In this document: piece after piece, positions 11,701 through 26,700 of the stretch
How the letters are laid out: every line of letters begins with the position of its first letter
How positions within the stretch are numbered: the stretch's first letter is position 1
NCBI RefSeq assembly: GCF_000002075.1
Contig: NW_004797313.1
Coordinates: forward strand, 70,034-134,033
Source of the DNA: Aplysia californica
Taxonomy: Eukaryota
DNA length: 64,000 nucleotides
Reading direction: 5' to 3'
Made by a program: the position numbers and the translations under genes
Notes under the pieces: model-generated
Database searches by the model: none
What the model saw: the letters and a program-made list of their open reading frames with translations, nothing else
Told to the model about the DNA's origin: nothing

Positions 11701-14700
11701 GCGCTGTGTTGATTCGTATTCGGAAATAAAATATGCGTATATCCGTACCAAATTTGCTAGTATTTCTTTACTGCTAGGCTTGCAAGTGATCGATAAACAC
11801 AGATCTAGGCTTGCGGGTGGCTGATTGCTCTAATAAAATGTAAACATCCAAATGATTTTAAAGAGGCAAATAAATTCACTTTTTGACTTAGATATATGCA
11901 GGTCATTCGAAATTAAGAGTAAGATGGGGGGGGGGGGGGGGGGGGGGAATGGTGAATAAGTAGGTACCACAGACTAAAATTTCAAGGTTCTCTGATTTCA
12001 TGGTTTACTGTACCACCTTATAGAATTTATTATTCTGAGCGTTTTGATACCAAATTTATACATATAGCTTCATTTTTAACAAAGTTATGAACATCTGAAG
12101 TTGCAGGAAAATGCTATATTTTTTTAATTGCGAAATGTCTGCACTTTGAGATGTCATAACATTCTTAAATTTGAATGGATATTTACAAAACTTGTAAAAA
12201 CAACGCCCATGCACATAAAGAACAAGCCCAATTTTTTTCAGGTGTATCATATAACCAGAAGATGGAAATTTATTGGCGTAAACATGGCTTTTTGAATAAA
12301 AAGGCAAGAAATACAAGGGGAGGTTAAAATCACCACTCGCGACCACCGGCCCCTTGGCTGCGCGCCGGGCCGCGCTGACGGGAAGGAGAAAGAATTTATA
12401 CGAAACTGGGGCGATGGTGCACTGCTTGCGAGCTGATGGGGAGCGTCCGGTATCTATTTGCGTATAATAGACGTGTTATTCTTGAAGAGGAATGAATGGG
12501 CTTTCTGCCGATATATCTCCACAGTCAGTTCGATCACTGGTTCCATAAAAAAGACAGCATCGAAAGCTTTTACACGCAAATCTCTTCTATTAATTCTTTA
12601 AGGACAGTCTTTAGAAATATATCACCGGAAAGAGCGTTTTCTCATTTTGAAATATCGGCGAATCAGATTGCAGTAATTAATATCATACGCTCCCTGTTCC
12701 AGTTCAATCGAGGTCACTCTAAAAATCAATACACGAAACGCGCTGCAGTGAAAACCTCGATAGTGTTGTCTTTTATACCACAAGATTTTCCTTTCAAAAG
12801 AATCATTGATTCAAATAAATAATACCACTAAAAAGAGGAAAAGCTCCTCTTTCTTCTGATATATCAAGTGTCTGTGTGTATGCATGATCACACGGTGTTT
12901 AAGGAGGGTAAAAATATGGGTTTTGGTCTCCGTGACAGAGCGCCAGTGCGCCATGGGGGCGCAAGGCCAGTTTGCGGTACCTAGAAAAAGAAAAGTGAGC
13001 AAAGTGACACAATCAAAGACTAGGTTTACGAAATATGCCATGAGTGCGCTAGATCTAGACTGCGCATCCGTTATCACCGAAACATTAGGCTGCGATTTTG
13101 GGTAAATGAGCTCAGCTGAAAATCAGTGCCGACAGTAGGAACGCATACTCACTGCCAACAAAAGGGTTAAGAGTTTGATCAGTAGAGAGTTCTGCCAGCC
13201 CAAAACTTTATGATCTATCAAAACAATCTATGGAAAAGGGAGATTCTTTCTCCTTTTGGTGAATCCAGTGTCTGTCTCTTTGAGACTTACATCAGTACAT
13301 GTCAGGCTCCATGTATTCTCTATTTATCCAACACATCTGCTTTAGGCTTATACACAGCATCACCTGCAGTGGTGAGAGAAAGTGCACTCCGGCTGCAACA
13401 CTACTCATTTTGTGTTGCCTTGAAACGCACACATCTTTACTCAAACACTTAGACCATACATGGGTACAGTTCTGATTCCATACCTTGTGAGTGTGCACTT
13501 TTGCAGCAATTTTTCCATCAGAGGGAATCACGCATTCCACAGACTGATGTACCGTTTCCGGGAACCTTGAGATGAAGAGAAACAGCAATTCCCACTCCTC
13601 CTGAGAGATAGAAAGACCATGATGGAATTAGAAGAAGAAAAAAAAAGAAAAGAAAACTTCAATAAAGAGATAAATTTCACAATGACATGATCTACAACAA
13701 TGAATACAAAACAGGTTTTAAGATTCCGAACAGCAGCATACCATGGCGCTGAGTCAACATATCTTATTTGAGAAAACAACATAGCCGTTGCCGGTATAAA
13801 ACTATAACACTGACATCGTTTTAATAACAATAATAAATAATAAATAGCATTTATATAGCGTATATCCCCACTCAACAGCAGGCTCTATGCGCTTTAAAGA
13901 GGTAGTATCATAATAAAAGGAAAGGTGAAAAACTTCATGGAAATAGTATTTTGTATACGAGAAAAAAAAAAGAAGTCGGGGGCATTGGTTACATTTTATG
14001 AAGGAAACATAATTACTCACACATTGTTAGATAAGAAAACTTCATATCGCTACCCTTCAATATATAATTAATTGTGTGGCATAGTGGTGAAATCAGGTGC
14101 TTGTCAAAATAATGAAATCTACGAAATCAACATTTTTCCACCTGTTAGGCAATATTTATCATCTTATTAAAATTTGGAGCTCAACACCTTTAATGTCCAT
14201 TTAAAAACACATTCCCATTAGATTTTACTGAAAAATGTTGCAGTTTCCAAGGACACTACAGTCACCAAGCTTTGGCAACCATTTTCTCACTTATTTTACC
14301 TCTGAAACCAGGCCACCCCACCTCCTTAAGTCGTGAACATCTCCACTTCTATTCAAGACAGATACGTTTGTTTTTGTTAATGTAAAGCAAGGCAAATGAA
14401 CAGAATTACTTTTTTAACAATAACTCCATATGGCGAAAAATTGACAAACACATAATTTCACCATATCATAACACAAGTACATCTGGGAGGGCAATTATTT
14501 CCACATCCCTTGATGTGGGCCCCATCTAGAGAAAGTCAACAATTGTATACCTTTACACATTCAACTAAAGCAGCAGAAAAGAGAAAAGTAAAATGTAAAA
14601 TTCAGACAACAAGGGATATAAAAAAACAAACCAACCTCTTCTCTCAGCAAAGTAAAGTCAGTTTCTTTCAGCGACGGCAGTGGAGGGTATATACCTGCAT

Positions 14701-17700
14701 GGCAAAGGGTTAAAATCCACGTTACAAAATGAATACATTCAGGGAAACCATGGGAAGTTCTGGATGAAGTGACCATATATTATGAGAAAGAATTTGGTAA
14801 ATGCATACACAGTAAGCCATAGAATAAAGAAAAAAGTATATAATGTATAATTTTAACCACCACCACGATGTACTGTGGGTTCTAAGTAAATGTTTAACTT
14901 GTTAACAGTTGTAACCATCTTGTAGAAATGATAATGACGATAAAAGGAGATGATAATTATGGTAAGGATGATCAAGGAGGTGTCCATGATGACGATTATA
15001 ATAAATATGATCGTTCATTTATTCTAGCCTCTAGCACAATAACAAAAATTTCTGTAAACAAATCTTCTCTCTAGAACCAACACACTAAAATCAATTCAAA
15101 AACATGTGAAATTTAACCCACACCTTTTTTAACTCCCTGAGAAAAGTGTTCAAACAGTGTGGCCAAACGGGCTGTGTTGTACATAATGAAAGCTCCAGTC
15201 CGGCTCTCTAGTCCTTCTCCAGGACTACAAGCACTCAGATGGAGCTGCAATAAAACAAAATTGAAGAATACAGAATGGACAACTGAATGAGAGAGAAAAG
15301 ACAAATAGCAGATTAAATTTTTTTCCTTTTTAAAAAAAAATTACTCTGGAACAATTACTTCTGCAGAAACAGAACAAAATGAACTTTTCAAATATCACAG
15401 ATAGCATCGCAGAGCCACCTCAAAAGACAGAAACTCTCTTAGGTGCAGCCTCTTTTTTGTTCAATGCCCAGTCCCTAGATACCTGGCTGATGATCTAACA
15501 CTCATAAATCTTTTACTTCTCTTTTGACACAAACTGAGTATTCAGGAGGTGGGCTACTTCTACTACCATGCCTAAAAAGACAAACACAAACTCAAAAAGG
15601 AGATATCTGGGTATGGCAGAAAACTCATTTAGATTATTTGGGGTCACAGATGTGGTAGAAACCACGAGACCGTTGGAAACCTCACTTGGACATGGGACGC
15701 ATTCTGCAGAATATCGAATGTGATACTGGCTTGAGTTAGCTGGGTGATCTGGTTCTTTCTTGCTTCATCTGAAAAGATTGAGAACAGACCTTTGCAGCTA
15801 ATATATTTTTACACCTTCTTTTGATCTATACTAAAACAGAATAAACTAAAGAGTTATATAAAATATTAGCAACAGACAGTTTGAACATTACAAACCTGTA
15901 CAAACAATATTCAAATTTTGACCTGACACTTGAATGCACTAATGAACTACAGAAGGGTGAAAGAATGTCTTGATCACTTTATTTATTTACTTCCATGGCT
16001 GCCATCAGGAGAGAACAAAAACTTTAAAATCACAACTACTACCACATGGCACTGGGCTGATGGAAACAAGACTAGCAACTGCTGGATTAATAACAAAAAG
16101 AGCAAGATATGTTGCTTATGTGGGAGTGTACCGCCCAACCACAACGAGACATGATTTAGGTTCTTTTACAGAGGGAAGATTGATCTTTCATTAGTGGACT
16201 CAGAGGCTCAAATGGTCTGAGGCGACTTTTGGTACCTTTCTTTAGGCATACACACATATGTCTTGAATTCACACCATCAAAGAATCATACTCACCCTCCA
16301 CGGCTTCTCCGTACCTCATCTCTGCTGCCTCTGTCATCTGCTCAAGCCTCAACCTGAACGACATACGTTTATACTTGAAATGTTGGTACTGATGCACTCT
16401 TATCACACGAAAGAATATGAAAGAAAGACATTCTCATTTATTAACGGTCTGTGAGCTACACTTTACTTCAGGAATCTTTAACAACCTTCATCTAATTTCA
16501 GAGCAAATAAACCAAAAACCAGCTTATATGCCTACAAAAATAAAATTGCCATTTAAAAGACAAAAATAAGAAATTTTCTTCTCATGCATGGATGCTTTTT
16601 AATAATCATGAATAAAAAATGTAAAAATGTGAAATAAAAAAACAACAACCCTCCATTAATGAACCAAACACACATCCAGTAAAGAAGAATAAACATGTAT
16701 CCTCAAATATGTTACTAACTTTTGGAAGAGTTTAGCAGTATTTTCACACGGGTCGCTCTGCACAGCACTATCAGATTTCTGTATGACTGGGCCAACAGTA
16801 AGGTGACTCTGGTGTGACAAAAAGACCAAAGGCAAATTAAAAACAAGGAAAGAGGGCATTTGTTGAAAACATTTTATGCCCAATCAACACATTATAGATC
16901 ATTTAGAAGGCCAATTGCTTGGCACTGCCAACCACGGAAAACCTTGGCTGAGTGGGATGCATTTCATCAGAAAACTAGGATACTCAATTTAAATATCTTC
17001 TTCAAAAGAAAAGATAACTTTCATGTTTTTTATGTGTAAGTATTGCAAGGCAGAGGGCTTAACCTTTGCCCCATAGATATTATTGTAAAGTAGTGAACAC
17101 TAATAAAGGTGAAAACAACAATTCTTAAGGACATGTGTGCTTTCACATATGCATTAACTCACTCAACCCAAGGAGTTTTACCCCAAAATGTACCCAGAAA
17201 CCGGTCATTCTGTCACTTATGAAAGGGCCCACTAGTAAATATAAATATTAAAAAGCTTTGAAATTTGGCACAAAGTACCAACTAAGATGGAACTTTAGAC
17301 ATATCAAATCTGAAGTATGTAGCTTCAGTAGTTTTGCTTTGGTGTGTTGTACACATTTGGCACTTTTTATGGCTTTTTTTTTTCATAGCAGAATGAGCAA
17401 GAGCAAGCCTATATTTATATTCCAAATATGCTTGTGAGTGTCTATATATTGTACGACATGTGTAATAAAGACTATCAAATACTTTCATGAATGAAAAAAA
17501 TATGTGTGTGAGAAAAGCAGAGAGAATCGATTGCAAGACATGCTCAGCTGACCAGTGTCAACAAACTTGCTGAAAGTGCCTTTACAAAAACCTCGATTTC
17601 TCCGTCTGCAATGATAGCAGAAACAAAATTTCAGCATCCCTCTAAGCAGAATTGGATGGGGAAATAACAAATTGACCTTACATAAAACTTAAGCTCGTTT

Positions 17701-20700
17701 TTTTAAATGAAATAACTAGTGTACCATGGGTCTCAACTCGCGATTTTACAAAAGGAGGAAATTTCTGCGTGATCGCTACAGAAGATTATTTTTACGAGAC
17801 ACCCAATATTATTATATTGTTCAACCCTAGAATGCAGAAATAAAAACCATCAATATATCAAAGAAAGGTTATTTCATACCAATTTGAGGGTTTGGAAGAT
17901 ACTTTCAAGTAAAAGAGAGAGTCACTTACCAAGTATTTATAATTTTGATTAAATACAGAAAGTGGTGGCGCATTTACTTGGAGGTGGGAGGTGCCCCTCC
18001 CAGCAACTTTCTTTGCCGATGACTGTTCCTCAACAATTTAGTGGAGGAAATGGCAGTAGTGGAAATCCGCTAAATAGTGGAAAATTGAGGCCTATGTATA
18101 CGAAACAAAACTATAGGGCCGAGTTATCTCAGTTGTGGGATTGAACACAGCTCACGAACTGACCAAAATATCTCGGTCAAGGGATTGAGTGAGTTTAACA
18201 GCCATACATGCAAACGATCCATAGGCTACCGCAAGGGAGTATGATTATGCCACATTTTTACTGAAACCACGATCAGAAAAGGATAATGGTAACACCAGAT
18301 ATTCTTTTAATCTTAGAAAATATTTGCAGAAGCAATAATATTGGTACAAAGCAGCAATCATCACACTGGCTTTCTCACAGCTGAGCATATACGACAACAG
18401 AAGCAATAACATTTTCTGAGGCTGGTTGGCCGGTGCTCTGGTGTGGTTTGTTCCTTCTTTCCTATCAAATATCAATCATCCTCATTTGTCCTTCTTTTTG
18501 TGTTTGTAACACCTCTAATCTTCAGCACTTATATGACCTAATTGTGTTGCAAGAGCTGTAAAACTCTTATTTAAAAAATAATATTTTCAACAAAAAACAA
18601 CAAATATGTCAGAAGTAAAGTTGAATGTACGTGACGGTATTCTCTCACCTGAGGTACACACCTGTCTGAGAGAGCTTGCCAAACCAGGTGGACTTGCTGC
18701 TGCCGAAATGCCTGAGACTGAGGCACTATGTTGATGCAACCAGTTAGTTCCTGCACGTAAGAAGATTTTTTAAGGCATGAGCTTAACACTTGACAATACA
18801 CAAATAGTAATAGCTCTGTAACAGGATGAATGGAGACAGTTTGAGGGAAAGGATCTCAATGAGAGACAGAAAAGTAGCTTCCCCAAAGAAAATGTGCCAA
18901 CACCTCATGGTTTGTTAAAAAAAAACCCAAACAAACAAAAACAATAATACGAATTTAAACAAAGAGCAGAAATAATTTCACCCACAATCAAAAGAAATGA
19001 TTTTCAATGCTTTTTTTAATGAAATAACATGTCATTCTGCATACACTGGTCTAGCCAATGTCAAATTTGTACCACAGTCTGTCTAAACAAAATATTCTCC
19101 CATTTTCCTGTTTCATTTTCTCCCAGTCATCGGGACCACCAAAGACAAACTACGCTTTGTACCTGATCTGCCAGCATGTGCAGAACACACTCCTCTAGTT
19201 TTATGGCTGATTCTGTGACACTACTGGGCACACCATCTAGAAGCACTGAAATAAAAAGAAACTTTTGTCATTTTTGTAGAATATTGGAGAACAATCATAA
19301 CATCCTCCCCCGCCCCAAATCAACACAATTTGGAATCAGGGATGGAAACTGATCAGTCCAAAATTTACTGAACTTTTCGCAGGCCGATTTGGAAAAACAC
19401 ACTTCTTCAATTGTAGATTAGTACACACAGGTCCCACTTACGGAAAATGACGGAGCAAATCAAAATTACGGATTTCCGTAAATTTACGGAAAATTTCTAC
19501 CCCTGTAGAATATAGCAAAGCAGACAGCTTTGACAATAGCGTCTTAACTATTCTATGTATGGTCGATCCTTGCAACCCAACATTTCCCACTAGGATAAAG
19601 TAAGGTGGCGTACATCTTTTACTAAAACACTTTTTTAAACGAATGCTGATACTGCTGTACTGCTGTAATGAATGGACACAGAAATGGCTGTCAATAGTGC
19701 TTAATTTTCTTCCTTAATGAAAATTGCACTGAGGCAGAGACAGACAAATCTTTATTTCAAACCCTTCCTCTCTTGGATACATTAGAGATAATTCAGATGA
19801 TTCAATCTAAGCTCAAAAATAGGATGCTGTCCTGTAGCCCTCTGCAACGTCATGTGTTATACAAGCTCGTACAAGCTTGCATATGTGTTACTGGACCTCA
19901 AATTCCATTTATTATAGGAACAAATAAAGGGGAAAGTCATCCTTTTCAACTTTTTTAATCCTCTGAAACTAATGATTTACATCAATCCAGAAATCACAAC
20001 TGACCTGTGGCTTTGCAAAGGTTTTTGTCAAACCCGTCCTTCCCAACTGCGTACCCTCGGTCCTTAATGACACACTGTAGGTCAATCACACAATCAGTTG
20101 TTCTAGAATTTTCTCCTGATTCTGAGGACCCCTTTTCTTCTTGCTTGGTATCAGATATCTCAGAGGTTTCCACTGTTTTCGGGTATTTAAGAGCTCTAGT
20201 CAAGATGGCATCTCTGATTGACTGTGCATGTGTGGCAGAATCAGGATGACAGCTGAGCTTGGACAAGTCATTCAAACAAATCACAGAATACCTGGAAATA
20301 ATACAAGGGCAAGATATAGCATAAGAAGGCAGGTGGTCAAACTACAGGCCTTTAGAAAGATATTCTAAATCATAACAAGAGGTGCCAACTGGGTACCAGA
20401 AAAATCGACACTTTTCAGACTATGTGGGGACATGGGCACAGGACTCAAAGTTTTCAAATGAGATCATATTGTCTAATACATCTTGCATTGGAACCATTTT
20501 TGTACAAAGAGCAATATGACATGTACAAGTCGGACAAAATCATGACAATTTCAGGAATCTGGATTACCAGATTTATTTGGAAAATAGGCACTTCTTCATA
20601 GCAAAAATTGAAGAAATACACACACAAAAAAAAAGGATGGCACCAGCGAGGAAAGATTGGTTAATCAACACAGAGCATGAGATTCTAAAACCAACAATGC

Positions 20701-23700
20701 GAGTTGATAACTTTTGAATTGATGGCTATTGGGTATGTTACAGAGTGATCCAAATAAACTATACAACTTGTTTTGTAAATATCTTCTTCCATACTGAAGT
20801 TTTGCATTTCAGATTTGAACATAATATTTGGAAGCCAAAAGGAATTTGACATTCATTTTAAATAGATGTCCATTGAATCGTTTTGCTCTATATGGCGCGT
20901 CAAAAAAACAACTTTTGACTTCATCCCCATTTTCGTTGCATGTTGCACCAGTTCGCATTAGGCCTACCATTAAAAGTTGCAACAATCGCATCATATTGAA
21001 AGCTACAGCAGTCTAACAAGTCAACAGAAGTATGCAGATATTATTTTTCCCAAATTTCGTTTGCCTGCTGAGGTCATGGTTAAGTTTAGTAAAGAGCAGA
21101 GAGCTTTTATATTGAACATTACCTCTCCACAAACTCACTAACCCTGCCATTTCGTAAGTTCTGTGCACAGCATAGAAAGAATGCTTAGGTGCCTTCAAGA
21201 CCTTTGGTGTATGAGTAGAGAAGTTCAGTCAGCTTGGATCTACAGCGAATGAGAACTAAAAATTCCCTTTAAAATGTCCACTTCAAGTCGAACACGCACC
21301 ATGCGCAGCCCTTTAAACGTCACCAGGGTGCAGATTTCAGTAGTGAGTCCCATGAGATGTTTGTCCATAGACGATCTGCAGCTAGAACTTTCCTACACCG
21401 TAACAGTCTGCATTCTCACAGTAGATTTTAACCTACGACAGTACCATTTTCATCTTTGCTAGGGCAAGATGACATGGATCAGAGCATGGCAATGTGTTCA
21501 TGATTCCTCGATTGTCTTGAAAAGCGGGATAATTTCCTCGATGACATTTGGTTTAGTGAAAAGCCCACTTTCATCCCGCGGGATATGTTAACTCAAAAAA
21601 TTCTGTCTATTGGGCACCCCACTCCCTATTGCCTCTAGAAGCCACTTCATGCTGAATATATACAGCTTATGTGGCTAAACACTCGTGGTTTAGCAGGTCC
21701 TTGTGTTAAGGCACTAAAGAAAATATTGAACGACGCATTTAAAATGTGTCGAGTCCAAAGGAGGGCATGTAGAGGGTTGCTTCTAGGAATTCCAGAGTGC
21801 AGTGGTTAGTTTTTTAACTCTGTAAAAGAATTAAATATTATTTAAATGTTACAGAGATGGAAAATTAAATGTTAAAGAGCAAATAAAGAAAAAGGTCAAC
21901 CAATCTTTTCATGACTTCCTTTACAAAGATTTTTTTTTTTAAATTAGTGAACTTTGCGTATTTGGGTGCTTTTTTTCTTTATGCAATTTCTATTTTAAAA
22001 ATAAGTTTATTTTTCGTGGATTTTAAGTCAAACAAATACCTTTTGAATGAATTATGTCTGTTCCAAATTGCAGCATTCTTGAGCAATTTTTGTGAGAGAG
22101 ATATTCAGAAAAAAAGTTGAACAGGTTTTTTTGGGATCACCGTGAATGTCTTCAAGAATAACATGTTAACGCAAGGTTAGAACAGGACATCATATTGTGG
22201 TGACTAGCAATGGCGAGAGTGTAAGCAAGATTACACTGTTTGCCCAAAAACTTTTATAGCTAGTGCTGGCCTAACTTTCACAAACCTCATTATTATTCTC
22301 TTACTTATAAAATTGGCCTTCAACTGAAACATATTTTCATGGAAATAAATACAAACTTCTTAAAGAGGGCAGGGTAGAGTAACGTTACATTCCACACAAA
22401 AAGGGTATATATTTTATCAACTCTCACACTAAATGTTATTTTAAGTTATTAAGACCGTGGACTCTGGTTCCCAACAAGGACACCAGGACTCAGTACTCTG
22501 AAGCATTATTTTTAAATTCTGAACAACTCCAATGTAAGACTGAAAATAAAATTGAAAACAAAAGGTTTATTTTGGCTTCCAAAAATATAATCCAAAATGG
22601 TAACTGGTGTAGATATGACTAGATTTCATTTGCAGAAAGCTGCCTCCATTCGTTTCTTTATGCTGTCTTTAATGAAAAAAAAAGAAAAAGAAACTGTGGA
22701 CTGACTCCAGGTGCACCATTGTGTGTCGAAGCTACTGACCATACACATGTGACCAAAGCCTAATTCTGTTAACTTTCCCACTAAAACAAACCTGTGAGCT
22801 TCTAATAGATTTCTCACATGACTGTGTAGACTGGAACACCTCATGTCAGTCAAAGAACTTGTCTCTGACATGCTGACACCTGCTTTTTCCTCGGAGATGA
22901 TGTTTAAAGCGATGCATCCCAGACAATCTTTTGACTTTCTTAATCCATACTGGGATCCACATTCCTGCACCTGGGTGAGATTAGACAGTAACATCTAAGA
23001 AACAATCTCGGTTTACATCATACCAAAGATCAACATTAGCATATTATTAGAAGCACAAAAGTTATGAAATATATTACAAAAACAACAGGTTCAATTTTTT
23101 TTCACATCATATTCTAGCCAAGTTTACATTCCTGATGAATCTATTAATGGGAAATTCAAGAGAAAAAAATAACTCGACTGATGAATCAGTTTTTTACTTC
23201 AGATTTATTGCAAAGAGTGAAACAAAAAAATAAGACATTGATTGTGCCAGTACTTCTCTGGAAAATTATCTTTTCTATTTTATACGGCATCAAACAAATA
23301 CGAGAAGCACCTTTTAACAAAGGCACTATCAGAGGAAACTCGACTCAAAGCACATGATTGAACTTCACATGTGCATGAAGACCTTTTTGGAAAACTAAAG
23401 CTTTTGATCTTACATGCTATAATATAAAGAGGATTAAAAATGAAGTAAAGGCGCAGACAAAGCACTGAAAAGTAAACACGCAGAAATGGCAACTGCAGTA
23501 TAACATGGTAAAGTAAGGGTCCAACTAGGGGCAGGATCTCTGAATAAGCATGAAGCCAAATACGTGGGGAGCCTTCAATACTTCTGAAACAATCCTAGTT
23601 CATGAATTCCCCATTGAAGATTCAAACCACGGTCAACTACACCATAGCCCAGCAGCAGACCAACTGAGCCACTGACTGTAGGAGGATAGTCTAAAATTCG

Positions 23701-26700
23701 AAAGAAAGAATAAGATGAAACATTTCAAAAATTTTGAGAAATATCCATCTCCTTTGACTTTGATACAAAATTACTATGCCTTTAAAACCTGAAATATATT
23801 TCGAGTAGATGTACCTCTCTGTCTGTCAAGAATGAACTGCTATCGTTTATGAAGCTATGCTTATATCTAGAACTTGTTCAGGATAGCTAAATCAATAGTG
23901 TGTGTGTGGTCACATAAAAAAAAACCATGCATGGATAACGCAAGGAGCAACTTTAGGTATCGAGTTAGCACACGTTCGTCCCAGTTCAAATACTAGACTG
24001 AAGACTGTGGCCATGTTCCTTAAGAGAGGCTATTGCAATGACATCATTACCCCAATGCACATTTTTCCATTGGCTTTATTAATCAATATATATCTATATT
24101 TCCTGCATGTTGCATTAAAAAAATATATAAATCTGGCCTTTTAAACTCTCCCCAATGAACAAAGCAACAGAGCTTAAACAACAAGTCTCCCTAGAACAAT
24201 CAAAGCCAATATGTGACAAGCTGAGAAATCCCTCGTTCAAAATGACACCACTTTTGCTTGGTGGAAGGACTGGTAGAGTAAGTGGTGCAAGCTGTGTTAA
24301 TATAAGGCTAAGGGGGAAGTCCATCTTATTCTTAACGTAATGGGTATTTAAAACAAATAAAGCATAGTTTTTACAATAAACTATTTGTGGTAGCTGGGTC
24401 AAGCCGTGCAGTGGTCCCTAAGTTCTACTCTACCTCATTCAAAACAGTCTGCAACACTGAAGCTCTGTTTAAGAAGACTGCCAAAACACTGAACTTATCC
24501 TGGGCCAGCCGGGCTATGTGGCTACCACAGAGAAGCTGGCTCTCAGCAAGAGAGAGGAACTGAGGATAAAGACAAAGGAGAGAATATACATAATAAATTT
24601 ATGTGAGTGTAATTTCATGAATATTATAGTTCAATAATAGCAAGAGAGGGGAAGGAAAGAGGGAGAGAGCGAGAGTGGGGGAGTGGAGAGTGGGGAGAGA
24701 GAAATAGATTCTAGATGTAAGAGAGTCAGCTGATGATTAGGCAACTGAATATTTTGGGAAACACTAAAAATGATACAAACATTTGTCCTACTGTACAGCA
24801 CAAACTTTGTTAGAAAAATGAGACTTCTAATGAAATTATTATCTAATTTTGGTACACATGTTGAAACGCAATACACTGTTTGTTTCGGTACTTGCAACTC
24901 TGGATCTGGTGCTCTGTACAGGGGCAGCCTTAGTATGATGATTAAAGCCATGAAAGTACATTGCAGACAGGAGCAAAGAAGAAGAGTAAAAAAGGAGAAC
25001 AAAGAATACTGCAAGATTAAGAAAAGAAGACCCTATAATAACAGGGGAAAGACAGCAGGCGAGTTGCTCACTGTAAGTCATACACAATCAGTAACATAAA
25101 TATTTATAGTAACAGCCATCATGTTTAAACTATAATATATGTTAGAATAGGTCAAACAAAAGACGGCTGTTACTATAAATATCGGCCAATGGCGTACTCC
25201 TAACATTCTCTATCACAAACATTATTAGAGAACGACAACTAAACGCTATTGGCCAATATTTATAGTAACAGCCATCTTGTTTGACCTCGCAAAGGGGATG
25301 CCCGCGGCGCCATCTGATTGTGATTTTATAGATCCAGGCCAAGTGATGATTTCGCGTAGCGTGCGGTTTGCACTGGCAGTTTCCAAGCTTCCCTCTTTGA
25401 GTCTTTCCTAGTGGTTCCCCCTAGTCCTGGCAACTGCTTTTGCACCTCACAGTATCCATGCAAACCTTGCAGTCTCGAATTAGATCTAGATCTACTCCAT
25501 TTGCAACTCAGCATCCTATTAAGTCCAATCTTTAAAAAGTGCATGATTTCTTGTGCTTAAAAAACTAAAAGAAACGATCCGGTCGATCATTCGCACTGCG
25601 TCATTGAACTTTGTTTGAACTTGCTTTCGTACGTAGGCCTAATCTTAGTCTTTTTCTTCTTTTCAGTTACATAGTGTACAGCATCAGAATTAATCTTGGC
25701 TGAAGAAGGGTGCTGCACAGTCACAGACATCCGAACCGAAAAGCTGCAAGTTGCAAAGAAAATAGATCTAATCCAAGTCGGCAGGCTTCCGTCTGTCGTC
25801 GTGCGGTCATGTCTTCCGTCTGTCGTCGTGCGGTCATGTTGCCACCATGAATGACAAAAAAAGTGGGAATCCCTCAATGACGTCAAACAAGGGGGCTGTT
25901 ACTATAAATATCGTCCAAGGGTGTTTAGTTGTCATTCTCTAATTATCCGCTTGTGATCTAGATTCTAGATCTAGATATGGCGATTGTTAACATTCCCGCG
26001 TCTAATTCCGATGAGCGTTTTTCATTGCCTCAGGCATGTTTCGCTTTGCTCCCTAATCCTAACACATGCGACTACACGCAGGGCGTAAACCCGGCTCCGA
26101 TTGGCTGAACCTTTGACCCATGAATACTAAAAGTAGGCCTACAGTAGGCTACTCTTGGCGCTCTCGACTACACTCTCCCTGTCACTCTCACCACCCTCCC
26201 TCAGTAGTGCCTTAGAGCCTCTCTCTCTCTCTCTCTCTCAAGGTAGGGTAACAAACGAAAAGTCCCCAATTTGTAACATGTCGCTGGTCGAGTGAAGAAA
26301 CCTTGTAACCGCAGAAAAGAAAATTGTACAGGAGAGACAAAAAAACTAATAACTCTTGAATAAAATGATAAAATCAAAGTAGATACAGATTAATAAAAAC
26401 ACTTTAGAAACGTGATTAGTGCATGCATAAAAATAACTTTTCTACCGTTTATATAGTTATGCCGTGGGATGCGAGGTTTCATTACAACATTTTTGTCGTA
26501 ATGAAACCTTGTAGTCAGCCGTTTCATCAGGACAGAGTTTGACTACGTGAGGGTTGCGAGTTTTCTTGCAGGCCACCTCTATTCTCACCCGGAGTGAGAA
26601 TAGTGCAGGCGAGTCTTGTGGCTATTCTCACCCGGTGCGCGTTCACCAAATTTTGCGTTCACCCTAAACCACAGAATTCTACACTGTGATGGTATAACAG

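Noticed and set aside
21140-21650. Coding-looking stretch in DALRD3 intron 3
   Set aside because: The frames I read contain stops and no recognisable homology; exons 3 and 4 join in phase without it.
23305-23420. Possible extra DALRD3 exon or small RNA hairpin (gcacatg...catgtgc)
   Set aside because: In the required phase it has a stop, the donor is weak, exons 2 and 3 join cleanly without it, and there is no convincing box C/D pair.
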